A stretch of 64,000 nt of DNA, from assembly GCA_963805065.1 (NCBI GenBank), contig CAWDSS010000012.1:44174-108173 (forward strand). Direction: 5' to 3'. The stretch is from Candidatus Omnitrophota bacterium. GTDB lineage: Bacteria; Omnitrophota; Gorgyraeia; Gygaellales; Profunditerraquicolaceae. The notes beneath the pieces are model-generated. The model searched no databases. It was given only the letters and a program-made list of their open reading frames with translations, and was not told the DNA's origin. The position numbers were made by a program, and so were the translations under genes. Below, piece by piece: positions 41,101-50,774 of the stretch; position 1 is the stretch's first letter, and every line of letters begins with the position of its first letter.

Positions 41101-44100
41101 TAAGGGCATCTGTAAATTTGCTTCCATCAGGAGCTTTTGATGCTAAAATTGATAAAATATACATAGGCCTAGATATTTGTTGAAGAGTGTTAAGGCTTGC
41201 CTCAAATTTTTCCACATTCTTTCCAAAGCCAGGAGTTTTTGCTTCCTGGTCAGCCTTTGAAATATAACCTCCTAAAAGTTTATCAATTTCAATACCTTCT
41301 GGATTGACAAGAGATTGCGCGTCTAAATTACTAACTGCTTTAGCTAACAAGTCCATACGAGAAAAATCGCCCTTGTTAAAATCTGCCAGAAAAAGCTGGT
41401 AATATTTACGTAGGACATCAAAGGATGCTTTATGGGTTGAAGCATCTATTTCTTCCTTAGGCCAGACAACCGGCTCCATCAATGCCGAAAGGGCATCGGC
41501 CAAATCAGGTAATTGTTCCTTAAGATCACTCTTAATTTTCGCATTAAGAGCATCAATTGCCGCATAATCTCGTTTCACCCACAAAGGAATGAATACCAGT
41601 ATCACGTTGTCTGGAGACTTAATGGCAATCAATGATGCTAAATCTACGCCTGCAGCACCGATTTTGCCAACATCCAACTTATGGGATTTTGTTTCTGCTG
41701 TGGTAACTCCCACGCCCTCTTCTTTTAAATAGCCAGCGAGATATTCCTGAAATGCTCCACCAACTGCTTTAGCGTCTTTAGCAGCAGCTATTTTTGCGCG
41801 TAATTCATCAGGAAGGTTTTCCGGCATAAAAACCATAGGAATATAGGCACCGCCGTAAAATATATCTGACCTGCCTGCAAATGGACCCTCAGCTATTACT
41901 CTAAACTTAGTTCCTAAATCTGAGGTATAAAGATCGAGTGCTGCGGCCCTATTAGCATCGTTTCCATTAATAGAGGTATCTTCATGCCTGGTAGCAGGCG
42001 TAGGTAATAACACTCCTTCGGGAAACGCATTTTTGACTGCTGAGTAAATATTAAAAAGCGACTTCTCGGTGTCCATTTTAAGCACTGCTCTTACAGGAGG
42101 AAGATTAGCAGCTCCTTTGGTTAAAGCAGTTAATAAAGAACCGCCGCCTGTAGAAAAATTTACTTTATCACTGAGTTTCCATGCTGGATTTATGGTTTTC
42201 ATTTCCTCAACAACTATATCTAGTGCATTTTTCATATCTCCACCAGCAAAAAATACTGCCACGCCACGCTCTGCCGCTGCATTAGCTGCTACCACTAAGG
42301 CGATAGTTCCTTTTTTTGATCCCCAATCCTTATCAAAAACTCCTGCTCCGCCATTTAAAATCAAGCCATCGCCTTCTTGTAGGCTGTCTATATGATCAAC
42401 ATCTTCTTTAATAGCTGTGTTACCAATATCTATCTGCTCATCATCCAAAGTTAAATCTTCTAGCCTTACGCTTCCTTCCTTCTCTTTAACAAAGAAATCT
42501 TTGGGGGTAATAAGGTAAACTCCGGACTCTCCTATTTTCTTTATTCCGACAGCTACATCTTTCTCTTCTTTTGCTAAAGGCATCTTAGACTTCCCCATCT
42601 GGAAACCTTTCTCCCTAAGATAGGGATTAACCTGTGCACCTACTAACATAATCGTTCCACCTGATTCAGCTATAGGCTTGGTTAGCTCTCCAAAATTCTT
42701 ATATTTATCAAATTTAGCACCTCCAGCCATAAGAGATAATTTTCCAGTCACTTTTCCTTGAAAATCAAGTACTGCCTGGACATTTTCAGCTAAATTATAA
42801 CCTGCAGCACGATTTTCCTCAGGGAAAAGCCAAGCCATTTCCATAGAAGCTTCTTCGCCGCGATGTGCTTTATCAAATGCCTCGTTAAGATAGACCAACT
42901 TATCAACGGATCTATCTGTTAAACCAATTATTCTTTCTTCAAAAGCCTGCCTCTTTCCAGCAATATCAGATTTTTCTGACCCGCTGGCTTTTTTATCCGC
43001 CTTTAGTTGCTCTTCAGGATAGAGCCGTATATTATCAAATATAAACATATACCTTCTATTGCTCGCTAATTTAGCCTCTCGAATAACTTTCCCTGCTTCC
43101 GATAAATCATAAGGAAGTAAAACAATTCCAATGTCTTTATTGAGGCCGTTTTTATATAGAATCTCCTCGGCTTTAGCTACTGTAGGAGCTAAGTTAAAGT
43201 CTTCAAACCTTTTCTGTATATCGCTCTCATCTGCCGGCCTTCCTAAATGAGTCATAACATACAGGTATTGAAGCCCCAGGTCATCGAATGCGCTTACTAT
43301 GGTTTTAACAGACTGATCAATTCGTTCGGTTTTATTTTGCTCAAGGTCCTTGCGCGCTATATTCCAATCAAGCACAGCCATGCCTGAATCAATGCCGTTT
43401 TTGGCAACTACACCTTTAAGGTCACCTACTGTCCTTACTTCTAGCGGAGAACCAGAACTCTCTTCTCCAGCTTTATCTAATCGTGCGATTTTATCCGTAG
43501 GACTTCCGGCTGATGCTATAGCTACATCCACCCCGGTTAAAATTTTTCCACTTAAATCATCATTTTGAATAGCAGATGAAGATCTCTCTTCAAATTTTGC
43601 AAACTGGCTGATGGGCAATATAGCTCCGCCAGAGAAGTATTGTCTTTTGATGTTTCTGTGTGTGGCTGGGTCAAAGTCTGACTTTACGTAGTTGTATACG
43701 CCTTTTTTGAAGGCTTCCACATAGAGGTTGTAAATCTTATCCTTAGCTGACTTATCAGCTAAGTCTATGCCTTGTATTTTGCCTTTATCTATATAGTATG
43801 AATAGATGGATTCCTTGAATTTCTTCTTAAACCAAGTAGCTAAGATTAGGGATGAGTAAATTTGCCTTAAAGTGGCAAAGTTCTTGCCTGAATTAACTTC
43901 AGCATTGATTTTAGGCAGGATTAGCTCACGCATGACCTTAGATGAGGCTTCATCTACTTTATTAATCAGGTCTTCCTGCATATTTTGCTTTTTGCTCTGG
44001 ATATCTGACAGATTGTTCTTTAGGGCTAGGTAATCCTTATCCAGCATGGTTTTTAAGCTAGCTTCTGCTACTACGGCAAAGTTGCCATTTTCATGAACCA

Positions 44101-44665
44101 CTGCCTTATCAGGCATAATCCAGATTTTGTTAAAGGTATTGACCGGTAGCTTGGTAGTATGGGCTATACGTTGCACTTCCTGGTAGGTTTTCTGCCAATA
44201 GTCTTTACCAGTGTCGCTTTCAGGATAGGTTAAGGAGGCTGAGATTTGTTTTAAGATGTAGTCCTGTGAAAGTAGATCTTTACCTAAGTCAGTTTCAGAG
44301 AGTGCCTGGGTAATCATTTTATCCTTTTCATAAGGAGACATATTTACCCAAAGTTCACTTTCCGGTATGGTTAAGCCAGCTAAGAAGTATTTAATCAGCT
44401 GGGCAGCTTCTTCTTGGCTTACCTTGCCCTGGTCTGCTGTATCAATGATAAACTGCATCTTTAAGGGGTCAGAGGGGTCAAATTTCATACCTTTTAACAG
44501 CGGGAAGGAATAAGAACCGGATAATTGCACAAATTGAGTAGGCGCGGGTAGAGTTATGGAGCCTGCGCGCACTGAAGCAGGTAAGACCATGTTACTGATG
44601 AAAGATATTGCTACAACTAAACAAGCGATTCTTGAAACGAGTTTGTTTTTCCTGAATCTACTCAT
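38168..44665 (-). CDS. giant (2165 aa) signal-anchored multidomain protein containing phosphoglycerate-kinase-like and GAPDH-like modules
   Basis: Signal/anchor: MSRFRKNKLVSRIACLVVAISFISNMVLPASVRA|GS. aa ~35-350: conserved-looking N-domain of unknown function. aa ~410-865, PGK motifs: VMTHLGRP, FDNIRLYPEE, LNEAFDKAHRGEEAS, GGAKFDKY, IDIGN, NGGAGVFD, AGGD, STGGGS. aa ~1317-1805, GAPDH motifs: IAIDGTGEIGS, STTSCSTN (Cys1617), TFHMYT, KATGAAKGV, MRTPT, GYDNQWSFS. C-terminal tail: NPGGIDLGAIDV...FTFQIIRMQPINNL. RBS AAGGAGG. Confidence 0.8.
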   Translation of the reverse strand: MSRFRKNKLVSRIACLVVAISFISNMVLPASVRAGSITLPAPTQFVQLSGSYSFPLLKGMKFDPSDPLKMQFIIDTADQGKVSQEEAAQLIKYFLAGLTIPESELWVNMSPYEKDKMITQALSETDLGKDLLSQDYILKQISASLTYPESDTGKDYWQKTYQEVQRIAHTTKLPVNTFNKIWIMPDKAVVHENGNFAVVAEASLKTMLDKDYLALKNNLSDIQSKKQNMQEDLINKVDEASSKVMRELILPKINAEVNSGKNFATLRQIYSSLILATWFKKKFKESIYSYYIDKGKIQGIDLADKSAKDKIYNLYVEAFKKGVYNYVKSDFDPATHRNIKRQYFSGGAILPISQFAKFEERSSSAIQNDDLSGKILTGVDVAIASAGSPTDKIARLDKAGEESSGSPLEVRTVGDLKGVVAKNGIDSGMAVLDWNIARKDLEQNKTERIDQSVKTIVSAFDDLGLQYLYVMTHLGRPADESDIQKRFEDFNLAPTVAKAEEILYKNGLNKDIGIVLLPYDLSEAGKVIREAKLASNRRYMFIFDNIRLYPEEQLKADKKASGSEKSDIAGKRQAFEERIIGLTDRSVDKLVYLNEAFDKAHRGEEASMEMAWLFPEENRAAGYNLAENVQAVLDFQGKVTGKLSLMAGGAKFDKYKNFGELTKPIAESGGTIMLVGAQVNPYLREKGFQMGKSKMPLAKEEKDVAVGIKKIGESGVYLITPKDFFVKEKEGSVRLEDLTLDDEQIDIGNTAIKEDVDHIDSLQEGDGLILNGGAGVFDKDWGSKKGTIALVVAANAAAERGVAVFFAGGDMKNALDIVVEEMKTINPAWKLSDKVNFSTGGGSLLTALTKGAANLPPVRAVLKMDTEKSLFNIYSAVKNAFPEGVLLPTPATRHEDTSINGNDANRAAALDLYTSDLGTKFRVIAEGPFAGRSDIFYGGAYIPMVFMPENLPDELRAKIAAAKDAKAVGGAFQEYLAGYLKEEGVGVTTAETKSHKLDVGKIGAAGVDLASLIAIKSPDNVILVFIPLWVKRDYAAIDALNAKIKSDLKEQLPDLADALSALMEPVVWPKEEIDASTHKASFDVLRKYYQLFLADFNKGDFSRMDLLAKAVSNLDAQSLVNPEGIEIDKLLGGYISKADQEAKTPGFGKNVEKFEASLNTLQQISRPMYILSILASKAPDGSKFTDALTGFYARTYRYLLKLSQEHFKEARVMEPARAQIGKYATKLNQLLRNSDAIELNGANADAIIRHLASKGIALSQAEKDNLSRVYSTYANEGGIWCYDILQLAGILSTDNFIASFKHLKNDNPKTDLPSKNPLIAIDGTGEIGSITVVYTLRYNINNNKDPNFIGRFLVRTRSLEGNTPEEKFATAVNKTKQDIFQDPQVKSSGVSLVTSDGKSVKVTDLLAANRLTFEPGNELLNAQLDFQTPSQIPSVYPVNVLLDGKKVGIIWYVDVGQFNQGLVEAFKLEGTNLDNIPRPMIVYEKDGKPYYFGIIIDATPGGVEIGDQQISELFKQKKIKLDGTPLWDFVAKNNLSFSSDKLGDAPEELARLKEILTQVEKDRLAQGRAEQFIYIKAQIPKKLLVPMGAPFNELGDYLQKMPYTKSKGASYISTTSCSTNGDSYVTLALSELAAGFGTMIITEIGPTFHMYTGKDKENPEGHLSPKATGAAKGVAQHLMVNALFTAMRTPTAYLDGNVIIKGGSVFDLSLLLPQNVPQETVKLYLSMIAKEFPEDIKIFSEKDKVNGRYRWEDTITGQSTGSILFDDMIEQIAGPLYTTPVGYDNQWSFSTKEMDLVRQLMLNQARQEDITKLLEAAPLSNTERLAAAGSPIETQSSKAVKELAQLIYDALEAGEDSEGHITKKAILNTITIKDIGGKEYMITLDPLRRQNVRGVNLLAHYTDDFSDSSSKPNLRALVHNIWKTGFFFKEGMEVKFTLSQSQSVREIEASLLNNMASSEITEAVTTQIAQAKKQLQKELRDIIYAPLIKENIKSILTQFENFVRSVINKDQDAIKQYQSGYYQDNSTWQDESRLHTTTSFSRQGRDVVLSYECHKVYSKSLHDSRESKGNITINNVFMAASSAVTSEIADNPGGIDLGAIDVAAAPNSVPVKMPPIDLSNLEGFTFQIIRMQPINNLNVIFNTFPKVGEEQDNAAKNKELAYLKN

Positions 44666-44683
44666 TTTAAATCCTCCTTGTTA

Positions 44684-44790
44684 TAGATCCTTGACACGAA
44701 TTCGACAACATTTGTCTATGAACCTTACGTGTCAAGGATTATTTCGCCCAAATAACTTACGTTGCACTTCGTGCTTCCGTAAGTTATGGG
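44684..44790 (-). repeat. two-hairpin leader element, copy 2 (immediately upstream of the giant gene RBS)
   Basis: ATCCTTGACACG-29 nt-CGTGTCAAGGAT (44687-44739) plus a second hairpin, CCCAAATAACTTACG...CGTAAGTTATGGG. The core matches the copy at 27371-27474 at roughly 80 percent by eye. Confidence 0.7.
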
Positions 44791-44794
44791 CTCA

Positions 44795-44860
44795 ATAAAA
44801 AAGCCACGATTGTTAATGAACTTTTTCAAGCTCAATTAAGAACCGTGGCAAATTCTTAAT
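44795..44860 (-). promoter_or_regulatory. terminator/antiterminator-like alternative hairpins inside the giant-gene leader (candidate attenuator or riboswitch expression platform)
   Basis: Minus strand reads GCCACGGTTCTTAAT...ATTAACAATCGTGGC followed by TTTTTTATT, which is terminator-like. The upstream ATTAAGAA (complement of 44853-44860) can instead pair with the TTCTTAAT of the terminator 5' arm. Confidence 0.4.
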
Positions 44861-44922
44861 CTACCTCGATTATGGTAAACTTTTAAAAAGACTTTTGAAA
44901 GCGTTTTCTAAATTCTTTAGTA

Positions 44923-44950
44923 AGTATAACATTTCTCCTTCTATTGTCAA
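44923..44950 (-). promoter_or_regulatory. candidate sigma-70 promoter of the giant gene
   Basis: Minus strand reads TTGACA, a 16-nt spacer, then TATACT. This implies a leader of about 260 nt. Confidence 0.45.
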
Positions 44951-45011
44951 GTTTTTTTTATGTTTTTTGGGAGGTCTATATCTTATTAATATTGGAAGGG
45001 TTAGCTCAAAT

Positions 45012-45042
45012 AAAAAGGGCGAAGATTTGAATTTCTCCGCCC
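45012..45042 (-). terminator. rho-independent terminator of groES-groEL
   Basis: Minus strand reads GGGCGGAGA-loop-TCTTCGCCC followed by TTTTTATTT. Confidence 0.7.
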
Positions 45043-45050
45043 TTCTTAAA

Positions 45051-45078
45051 CGACTATAGACTATCGACTATTGACTAT
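45051..45078. repeat. heptanucleotide tandem array, GACTAT family (4 units)
   Basis: CGACTAT AGACTAT CGACTAT TGACTAT, abutting the groEL stop codon. Confidence 0.85.
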
Positions 45079-46720
45079 TTAATACATCCCTCCGCCCATT
45101 CCTCCCATTCCACCTCCGGGTGCCATAGGCATAGGAGCTTCTTTTTCAGGCTTATCAGTTATTAACGCTTCAGTAGTTAATAACAACGCAGCGATACTGG
45201 AAGCATTTTGCAAAGCTGAACGAGTAACCTTGGTAGGATCAATTACTCCTGCATCAATCATGTCAACATAGGCATCTTGGGTGACATCATAACCGATGTT
45301 GGTTTTTTCCTGCTTAACGCGCTGCACAACCACAGAGCCTTCAAGGCCGGCATTATTTGCCAAATGCCTGATTGGCTCTTCTAATGCACGCTTTACAATA
45401 TCAACACCGATTTTTTCATCGCCTTCCAGCTTCAGCTTATCTAATGAAGGAATTGTGCGTAATAATCCTACACCGCCGCCAGGAATAATTCCTTCCTCAA
45501 CTGCAGCGCGGGTTGCATGAAGGGCATCTTCTACTCTGGCTTTCTTCTCTTTCATTTCTGTTTCAGTAGCAGCGCCGACATTTATCACGGCTACTCCACC
45601 GGCAAGTTTAGCCAGCCTTTCCTGGAGTTTCTCTTTATCATAATCTGAATCAGTATTCTTCAATCTGCTTTCTTAATTTGAGCGATCCGGCCATTGATGG
45701 CGACTGATTTTCCTGCTCCTTCAACTATGGTCGTATTTTCTTTGTCAACTTTAATTCTTTTGGCGCGGCCTAAATCATCAATATCAACATTTTCAAGCTT
45801 TACGCCTAAATCTTCGGTAATTGCCTTGCCACCGGTAAGAATGGCGATATCATCTAGCATAGCCTTACGCCTGTCGCCGTATCCAGGAGCTTTAACTGCG
45901 CAAGCTGTAAATGTGCCGCGGATTTTATTTACCACTAAAGTTGCCAATGCCTCACCCTCAACTTCTTCGGCAATAATCAATAAGCGGCTTTGCCGGTGCG
46001 GGCAATTTTCTCTAATAGCGGTAATACATCTTTTAGAGAAGAAATCTTTTTCTCATAGATGAGTATATAAGGCTCCTCTAAAATCACTTCCATTCTTTCT
46101 GCATCTGTAACAAAATAGGGAGAAAGATATCCTTGGTCAAACTGCATACCTTCTACAACTTCCAGGGTGGTAGCGGTTGATTTAGCTTCTTCAACGGTGA
46201 TTACTCCGTCTTTACCGACTTTATCCATTGCCTCTGCGATTAAATCTCCGATAGCAGTATCGCAGTTGGCAGCAATTGAAGCAACCTGGGCAACTTCTTT
46301 TTTATCTTTGATAGGGGTGGAAAGCTTCTTTAACTCTTCAAAAACTTTTTCCACTGCTTTTTCAATCCCGCGCTTTAATGCCATGGGGTTTGCACCGGCA
46401 GTAACGTTCTTTAAACCTTCGCGATAAATCGCTTCGGCTAAAATTGTAGCTGTAGTTGTACCATCGCCTGCGATATCAGAAGTTTTTTCCGCGACTTCCT
46501 TAACCATCTGAGCGCCCATATTTTCAAAAGGGTCCTCAAGGTCAATTTCCTTTGCCACTGTGACGCCGTCTTTGGTTATTGTGGGTGAGCCGAATTTCTT
46601 ATCAATCACGACATTGCGGCCTTTGGGGCCTAATGTCACCTTGACTGCCGCAGCTAATTGCTCGACACCGCTTAAAATCTTTCTGCGGCCTTCATCTTTG
46701 AATAATAATTGCTTTGCCAT
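45079..46720 (-). pseudogene. groL: chaperonin GroEL, interrupted by two single-base frameshifts as sequenced
   Basis: Three collinear fragments: [19 protein letters not shown]...; [21 protein letters not shown]...; and ...[23 protein letters not shown]...[11 protein letters not shown]. The breaks are at about 45982 (AA, expected AAA) and about 45664. Confidence 0.9.
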
Positions 46721-46755
46721 ACATCCTCCTCAAATTTGCGAAGCAAACCTGCTTC

Positions 46756-47046
46756 TTATTTAATGATTGCTAAGATGTCTTCTTCGCGCATGATTAACAA
46801 CTCATCGCCATCTTTGGTGGTAATTTCATTTCCCGAATATTTCCCGTATAATACCTTATCTCCAACCTTTACTTCCGGCGCCTGCACAGAGCCATTCTCC
46901 AAAACCTTACCTTTGCCCACTGCTACGACTTTGCCCTCTTGCGGCTTTTCTTTGGCAGTATCAGGCAAGACTATGCCGCCCTTTGTCTTTGTTTCTGCTT
47001 CTAAGGGCTTAATTACTACTCTGTCTCCTAATGGTTTTATGTCCAT
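46756..47046 (-). CDS. groS: co-chaperonin GroES
   Basis: [44 protein letters not shown].... The start at 47046 has a GGAGG-type RBS; the track ORF start at 47184 is an upstream extension through the promoter. Confidence 0.9.
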   Translation of the reverse strand: MDIKPLGDRVVIKPLEAETKTKGGIVLPDTAKEKPQEGKVVAVGKGKVLENGSVQAPEVKVGDKVLYGKYSGNEITTKDGDELLIMREEDILAIIK

Positions 47047-47075
47047 TCCTACACCTCCCTTAAATTGTTTATTGT

Positions 47076-47102
47076 TTAGCACTCTGTTTTCCAGAGTGCT
47101 AA
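47076..47102 (-). promoter_or_regulatory. CIRCE operator (HrcA binding site)
   Basis: A perfect TTAGCACTC-N9-GAGTGCTAA lying between the -10 box and the groES RBS. Confidence 0.9.
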
Positions 47103-47129
47103 TTATAAAATAAAAAAAATCTTTGTCAA
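47102..47129 (-). promoter_or_regulatory. groESL sigma-70 promoter
   Basis: Minus strand reads TTGACA, a 16-nt spacer, then TATAAT, abutting CIRCE. Confidence 0.65.
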
Positions 47130-47142
47130 GAAGTTTTTCATA

Positions 47143-47200
47143 TTTTGTTTTCATTAATGAAAGCAAAATATGATGCCGTGGCAATGTGCCACGGCATCAT
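47143..47200 (-). promoter_or_regulatory. paired palindromes upstream of the groESL promoter (module shared with hup)
   Basis: TTTTGTTTTCATTAATGAAAGCAAAA and ATGATGCCGTGGCAATGTGCCACGGCATCAT. Compare 31139-31197. Confidence 0.4.
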
Positions 47201-47207
47201 AAGTAGT

Positions 47208-47240
47208 AAAAAAAGCCTCTTTTTTAAAAAGAGGCTTTTT
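47208..47240 (-). terminator. bidirectional rho-independent terminator
   Basis: AAAAAAAGCCTCTTTTTTAAAAAGAGGCTTTTT. Confidence 0.7.
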
Positions 47241-47262
47241 AAATTTAATACTTAATTAACTG

Positions 47263-47757
47263 TTATTGGCCTATTAGGTTTAGCCTTTGCGGAGTATTTA
47301 CAGAGTTTGCGGAATAGCCAACCGTGTTTGCCTTTTCAACGCTGAGCTTTGGAGCTTTCAAAGTTCCGGTACCTGAAACTGATGTAGAACCCTGCTTGAC
47401 ACTCGTAGCTACACTCCTTATCTTTACGGCATACGTATTGCCTGTCGTAGAAGCGCCATATGCTGATTTTTTCGACGAGGTTGTTCCAACCTGATAATTC
47501 ATACTGGCAACTTCATTCCTGCTTGCGCTTATGTTTCCGTTATTTTCCAGGTTTTGAGTGCTTTTCTGCTCTGCCTGAACCTTAAATGCAGATATATTCT
47601 TTACACTTCCGGTTTGAACTTGCTTAACATCATCAGACTTAATCTTATCAGGCTTAATCTTATCAATTTTAATTTTCTGGATGTCATCTGCATAAGCATT
47701 TAGAGCAAAACCTGTTACAAAACACATTGCTAAAACTATCATTAATATTTTTTTCAA
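47263..47757 (-). CDS. secreted low-complexity protein, function unknown
   Basis: 164 aa with a signal peptide (MKKILMIVLAMCFVTGFALNAYA), a KIKIDKIKPDKIKSD repeat, and a Ser/Thr-rich composition. Confidence 0.45.
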   Translation of the reverse strand: MKKILMIVLAMCFVTGFALNAYADDIQKIKIDKIKPDKIKSDDVKQVQTGSVKNISAFKVQAEQKSTQNLENNGNISASRNEVASMNYQVGTTSSKKSAYGASTTGNTYAVKIRSVATSVKQGSTSVSGTGTLKAPKLSVEKANTVGYSANSVNTPQRLNLIGQ

Positions 47758-47939
47758 CTTCCACCTCCCTTTTCACTGACCCAGTTAATAATCTATCGAC
47801 ATTTAAACTTTTCTAAACTCATTAAAAAGTACCTAAATAAAAACAGGCAACCCAAAAAGGGCACTTACCTGTATAAACCGTGGCTTTCTGTATGCGTTTA
47901 AAGTATAACACACAGGTGTTTGTTGTCAACCCGAATTTT

Positions 47940-48695
47940 TTAAGTAAAAGATAGCGCTTTCTTTACGTAAATCAGCTGCAATCCCTTTAATGTCAAATCA
48001 TTATCCACTCTTGTAAATTTACAATAATCACGCATTAATCCGATATCGCCGCCCGTACCGATAATTTTGGCGTCCTTACCTATTATATGCCTAATCTTGG
48101 CTGTAAGGCTATCTGAAAGCATAGCAAAGCCATAAATTATGCCGCTTAACATACTGTTTTTTGTATCTGCGCCGATTAATCCCTTAGGTTGGGATAATTT
48201 TATTTTAGGTAATAATGCGGTCCTGTCAGCTAACGCATCCAAAGCGATTTGCAAACCAGGCAAAATCAAACCGCCGAGGTATTCTTTTTTTCGGGAAATT
48301 ACATCGAAGGTAATGGCTGTTCCAAAATCAATTACTATCAAGGGAGCGCCAAAGAACATGGTTCCCGCATAAGCATTAACTAGTCGATCCTGACCGACTT
48401 GCTTAGGTTGCCGATAGAGGTTTTTAATTGGTACTAACACGTCCTTACCTATTATTATCGGCTTTTTCCCTAATAATTTACTTAAATCTTTGTTTAGGGC
48501 TGCTGTTTTTTTAGGAACAACGCTACAGATTATCGCGTTATCTATGTTGTGTTTATTAAATATCTTTTTGAGGTATTTAAGGCATCTGTTTTGCTTTGTG
48601 GGAATGCTATAGCGTTTTAAAATCCGCCTGCCTTTAAATACGCCTAAGCTGATATTGGTATTACCTATGTCTATGGCTAATAACATGTTTTTCAT
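47940..48695 (-). CDS. coaX: type III pantothenate kinase
   Basis: 251 aa with MLLAIDIGNTNISLGVF, VIDFGTAITFD and GTGG. Confidence 0.85.
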   Translation of the reverse strand: MKNMLLAIDIGNTNISLGVFKGRRILKRYSIPTKQNRCLKYLKKIFNKHNIDNAIICSVVPKKTAALNKDLSKLLGKKPIIIGKDVLVPIKNLYRQPKQVGQDRLVNAYAGTMFFGAPLIVIDFGTAITFDVISRKKEYLGGLILPGLQIALDALADRTALLPKIKLSQPKGLIGADTKNSMLSGIIYGFAMLSDSLTAKIRHIIGKDAKIIGTGGDIGLMRDYCKFTRVDNDLTLKGLQLIYVKKALSFT

Positions 48696-48703
48696 AGAAT
48701 AAA

Positions 48704-48731
48704 GTCAAAACGTAAAAGTCAAAAGGCAAAA
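48704..48731. repeat. heptanucleotide tandem array, A-rich family (4 units)
   Basis: GTCAAAA CGTAAAA GTCAAAA GGCAAAA, directly upstream of the coaX start. Confidence 0.85.
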
Positions 48732-48739
48732 CTGTGAAT

Positions 48740-48800
48740 AAATGGGGACGTTTCTATTTTTCTGCTGCCCCAGAGACGTAAAAAATAGAAACGTCCCCAT

Positions 48801-48803
<3 letters not shown>
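48740..48803. repeat. 64-bp palindromic element, copy 3 (after uvrB)
   Basis: AAATGGGGACGTTTCTATTTTT, a loop, then AAAAATAGAAACGTCCCCATTT. Confidence 0.8.
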
Positions 48804-50771
<1,968 letters not shown>

Positions 50772-50774
50772 CTA

